Of a stretch of DNA of 18,861 nucleotides, positions 16,706 to 18,861 are shown piece after piece (position 1 is the stretch's first letter; each line of letters opens with the position of its first letter). The DNA is taken from NCBI GenBank assembly GCA_964487115.1, contig CAZAPD010000006.1, positions 1 to 18,861 of the forward strand, in the 5' to 3' direction. The stretch comes from an uncultured Thermococci archaeon (lineage in GTDB: Archaea; Methanobacteriota_B; Thermococci; Thermococcales; Thermococcaceae). The notes below the pieces were generated by a model. That model had not been told where the DNA came from, searched no databases, and was given only the letters and a program-made list of their open reading frames with translations. The position numbers and the translations under genes were made by a program.

Positions 16706-16714
16706 TCTCTCACC

Positions 16715-17440
16715 TCACAGGTAAATGCTTTCATACTGTCTCTCTGCTTTTTTCCTCGCAGCTTCCATTTGCTCATGCATTTTTCTGAGTTGTTCTTCGA
16801 TCATCTGTGCCTCTTTAAGTAAAGGTTCTGTTGAGAGTTCCATTGGAACGAACTTCTTAAGAGCTTCGATGACATTTGCAGCTGCCCTTGGATCCGGTCT
16901 ATCTCCAAATGTCTCCCCTAAGAGAACATAAGCTTTCATTCCCTCCTTACTGGCCTCCCAGAGCATTTTTCCACTCATCCCCATTATCGAGCCATATGTT
17001 AGCACCTTTATTCCTGCATTTTCAAGTTCCCTGTTCTCTTCTTCACTTGCTCCAACACCCCATACTTCCATCTGCTCTTTGAAGAAGCCTATCCCCATGC
17101 CTCCCAGAGAAATAACCTTCTGGGCATTGTTTTCCTTGAGATATGATATAATCTCTCTTGCAATTGCATTTACGAGGGTTGGTGTGGTGTAGATGTCTGC
17201 TACAGCCAGAATGATATTGTCTGTTCCATAAAAGCGAAGGGGTGGATTGGGTTTTCCCTCGAGAATTAAGGCCATTGGAGGAAGAAATTCGCTTTCTATG
17301 TATCCTATCATTTCCATATTCATTTCTTTGATAAGAAAGTTTGCTGCTATATGTCCCACAAGCCCTATTCCGGGATAGCCCTCAATAAAAATCGGATTTT
17401 CAATCTTGGGAAGTACAAGCTCTACAGGTTTCTCCCCCAT
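16715..17440 (-). CDS. pbaA: Proteasome assembly chaperone family protein (PAC2/PbaA-like)
   Basis: GYPGIGLVGHIAA, PPLRFY and PDPRAAA motifs, plus a C-terminal helix ending in HbYX (IYL). Start placed at ATG 17440 after a GGGGTGATG RBS. Confidence 0.88.
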   Translation of the reverse strand: MGEKPVELVLPKIENPIFIEGYPGIGLVGHIAANFLIKEMNMEMIGYIESEFLPPMALILEGKPNPPLRFYGTDNIILAVADIYTTPTLVNAIAREIISYLKENNAQKVISLGGMGIGFFKEQMEVWGVGASEEENRELENAGIKVLTYGSIMGMSGKMLWEASKEGMKAYVLLGETFGDRPDPRAAANVIEALKKFVPMELSTEPLLKEAQMIEEQLRKMHEQMEAARKKAERQYESIYL

Positions 17441-17473
17441 CACATCACCCCCAAGATATTTAGTTTCCAAAGG

Positions 17474-17487
17474 TTATTAAAGTTTTG
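17474..17487 (-). promoter_or_regulatory. BRE/TATA promoter of the pbaA-DUF473 operon
   Basis: Minus strand reads CAAAACTTTAATAA about 34 nt upstream of ATG 17440. Confidence 0.6.
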
Positions 17488-17592
17488 GATTCTTTCATTT
17501 CTGGAGAGATTATTGAAACCAGAGCTGATGTTATCTGTTCTGGAAAGGCTGTCTTACTTTGTGGATGAACTTATACGCCTTGTTCTTCGAAG

Positions 17593-17790
17593 TTTGGCTT
17601 TTCTCTCCTCAAGCCTCGTCCTTCAGGGTGAGGATGAGGGCAGTACGTCTCCTACCCCTATCAGAAGAGCTTTTATTCCAAGAACGCAAAAACTCTCGTG
17701 GTGAAGCCCATGGAGCGCCCGACTCTTCCCTTTATGTTGTGTGATACGATTCGTTGTGCCGTTACTAACTCGGGGCACTATTATTCCGGG
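17593..17790. mobile_element. Degenerate IS200/IS605-family end or MITE-like remnant (no transposase)
   Basis: AAGCCTCGTCCTTCAGGGTGAGGATG forms the hairpin CCTCGTCC-TTCA-GGGTGAGG (17614-17633) after a pyrimidine tract. It resembles, from memory, subterminal hairpins of IS200/IS605 elements. The right boundary is uncertain. Confidence 0.5.
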
Positions 17791-17801
17791 GGTAGTGAGA
17801 T

Positions 17802-18191
17802 ATGAGGTACTCACCCCGTCTTCTCTTCTTTTTGAGGCTTTTTCTAAGGGTTTTTGCATTCGCTTATCCGCTCTTTCTGACGGTTATGTATAACTTCTGG
17901 ATCTTTGGAAAACTGCCGGCCGCCGCGTGGTGGGGGTATGTAGTCCTCATGGCCCTTTGGGAAATTATCACCGCAGTTGCCGGCAACCGCCTGCCTCTAA
18001 AGCCCATCCTAACGGCCTACTTGGCCATTGCCCTTCCCCTCGAATTCCCAAGCGTTCTCCTGGGTGGGGTTTACCCTCACACGGCACTCCTCTTCATGCC
18101 GTGGCTTATTCTCTGGTACGGGTCACTGCTGCTTTTAGGCCTGCTCTTGATTTCCCTTAGGAATAGTGATAAGGATGGGACGGGCGGATAA
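17802..18191 (+). CDS. Hypothetical integral membrane protein (about 4 TM)
   Basis: 129-aa hydrophobic ORF with ATG after a purine-rich GGTAGTGAG. It is more GC-rich than its neighbours. Confidence 0.65.
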   Translation: MRYSPRLLFFLRLFLRVFAFAYPLFLTVMYNFWIFGKLPAAAWWGYVVLMALWEIITAVAGNRLPLKPILTAYLAIALPLEFPSVLLGGVYPHTALLFMPWLILWYGSLLLLGLLLISLRNSDKDGTGG

Positions 18192-18203
18192 AAGAGAGCT
18201 CCA

Positions 18204-18230
18204 TTTCCACTGGAAAGGCAACCCTTATAT
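18204..18230 (+). promoter_or_regulatory. Mini-ORB palindrome adjacent to the candidate mtnP TATA box
   Basis: TTTCCACTGGAAA at 18204-18216 is followed by GGCAACC and CTTATAT (18224-18230), about 33 nt upstream of ATG 18263. Confidence 0.55.
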
Positions 18231-18262
18231 GAGTGGGGTGAGCAGTTTACATGGTGATGACC

Positions 18263-18861
18263 ATGCCGAGGATAGGCATCATAGGTGGTTCCGGAGTTTA
18301 CGGCGTCTTCGAGCCGAAGGAGAGCATTAAGGTGCATACACCATATGGAAGACCTTCCGCCCATGTTGAAATTGGGGAAATAGAAGGAGTTGAAGTTGCT
18401 TTTATCCCCCGCCACGGAAAGACCCACGATATTCCTCCCCATGAGGTGCCTTACAGAGCCAACATCTGGGCTCTAAAAGAGCTTGGTGTTGAACGCGTCA
18501 TAGGCGTTACTGCTGTTGGTTCTCTCAGAGAGGAGTACAAACCCGGAGATATTGTAATAACCGACCAGTTCATAGACTTTACCAAAAAGAGGAACTACAC
18601 ATTCTACAACGGGCCGAGGGTTGCCCACGTTTCGATGGCAGATCCTTTCTGTCCAGAAATGGGGAAAATCTTCTATGAAACTGCAAAGGAGCTTGGCTTC
18701 CCGGTCCACGAGAAGGGCACCTACGTTTGCATTGAAGGGCCGAGATTTTCAACGAGGGCGGAGAGCTTCATGTTCAGGCAGTTTGCCCACATAATCGGCA
18801 TGACCCTTGTCCCAGAAATAAATCTGGCAAGGGAGCTTGGTATGTGTTATACCAACATAGC
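18263..18861 (+). CDS. mtnP: S-methyl-5'-thioadenosine phosphorylase (partial, runs off the window)
   Basis: Manual translation gives [14 protein letters not shown]...TPYG...PRHG...[12 protein letters not shown]...AVGSL...DQFID...[10 protein letters not shown]...IGMT. GGTGATGA RBS present and no stop within the window. Confidence 0.95.
   Translation, partial: MPRIGIIGGSGVYGVFEPKESIKVHTPYGRPSAHVEIGEIEGVEVAFIPRHGKTHDIPPHEVPYRANIWALKELGVERVIGVTAVGSLREEYKPGDIVITDQFIDFTKKRNYTFYNGPRVAHVSMADPFCPEMGKIFYETAKELGFPVHEKGTYVCIEGPRFSTRAESFMFRQFAHIIGMTLVPEINLARELGMCYTNI

Noticed and set aside
17490..17600. Protein-like frame LERLLKPELMLSVLERLSYFVDELIRLVLRSL (part of ORF 17351-17704)
   Set aside because: It could be a pseudogene fragment, but no family is recognisable and the ORF start overlaps pbaA antisense.
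18077..18709. Minus-strand ORFs 18077-18442 and 18473-18709
   Set aside because: They are antisense to the clearly recognisable mtnP, which the ORF track missed because it has no stop in the window.

Overview
This is the chromosomal replication-origin region of a Thermococcales archaeon. The minus strand carries tRNA-Gln(TTG), a Zn-ribbon hypothetical protein, two orphan Dpp/Opp ABC permeases, and the cdc6-DP1-DP2 (PolD) operon. DP2 contains a 475-aa LAGLIDADG intein. A conserved hypothetical gene follows, then oriC (two inverted full ORBs around an AT-rich unwinding element), an MthK-like K+ channel, radA, nucS, the DUF473/PbaA pair, an IS200/IS605-like end remnant, a GC-rich membrane-protein gene, and a partial mtnP (absent from the ORF track). 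The main hidden structure is a dispersed array of Cdc6/Orc1-box cores (TTCCA[C/G]TGGAA) well outside the origin. Copies lie inside the DP1 coding linker, over the cdc6 leader and RBS, on the likely start codon of the origin-adjacent gene, and beside the mtnP promoter 5 kb away. The intein appears to have a dead second LAGLIDADG motif, a non-canonical Ala-Asn terminus and a mosaic base composition. All family assignments come from motif recognition, not database searches, and GC values are hand counts of single 60-nt lines.
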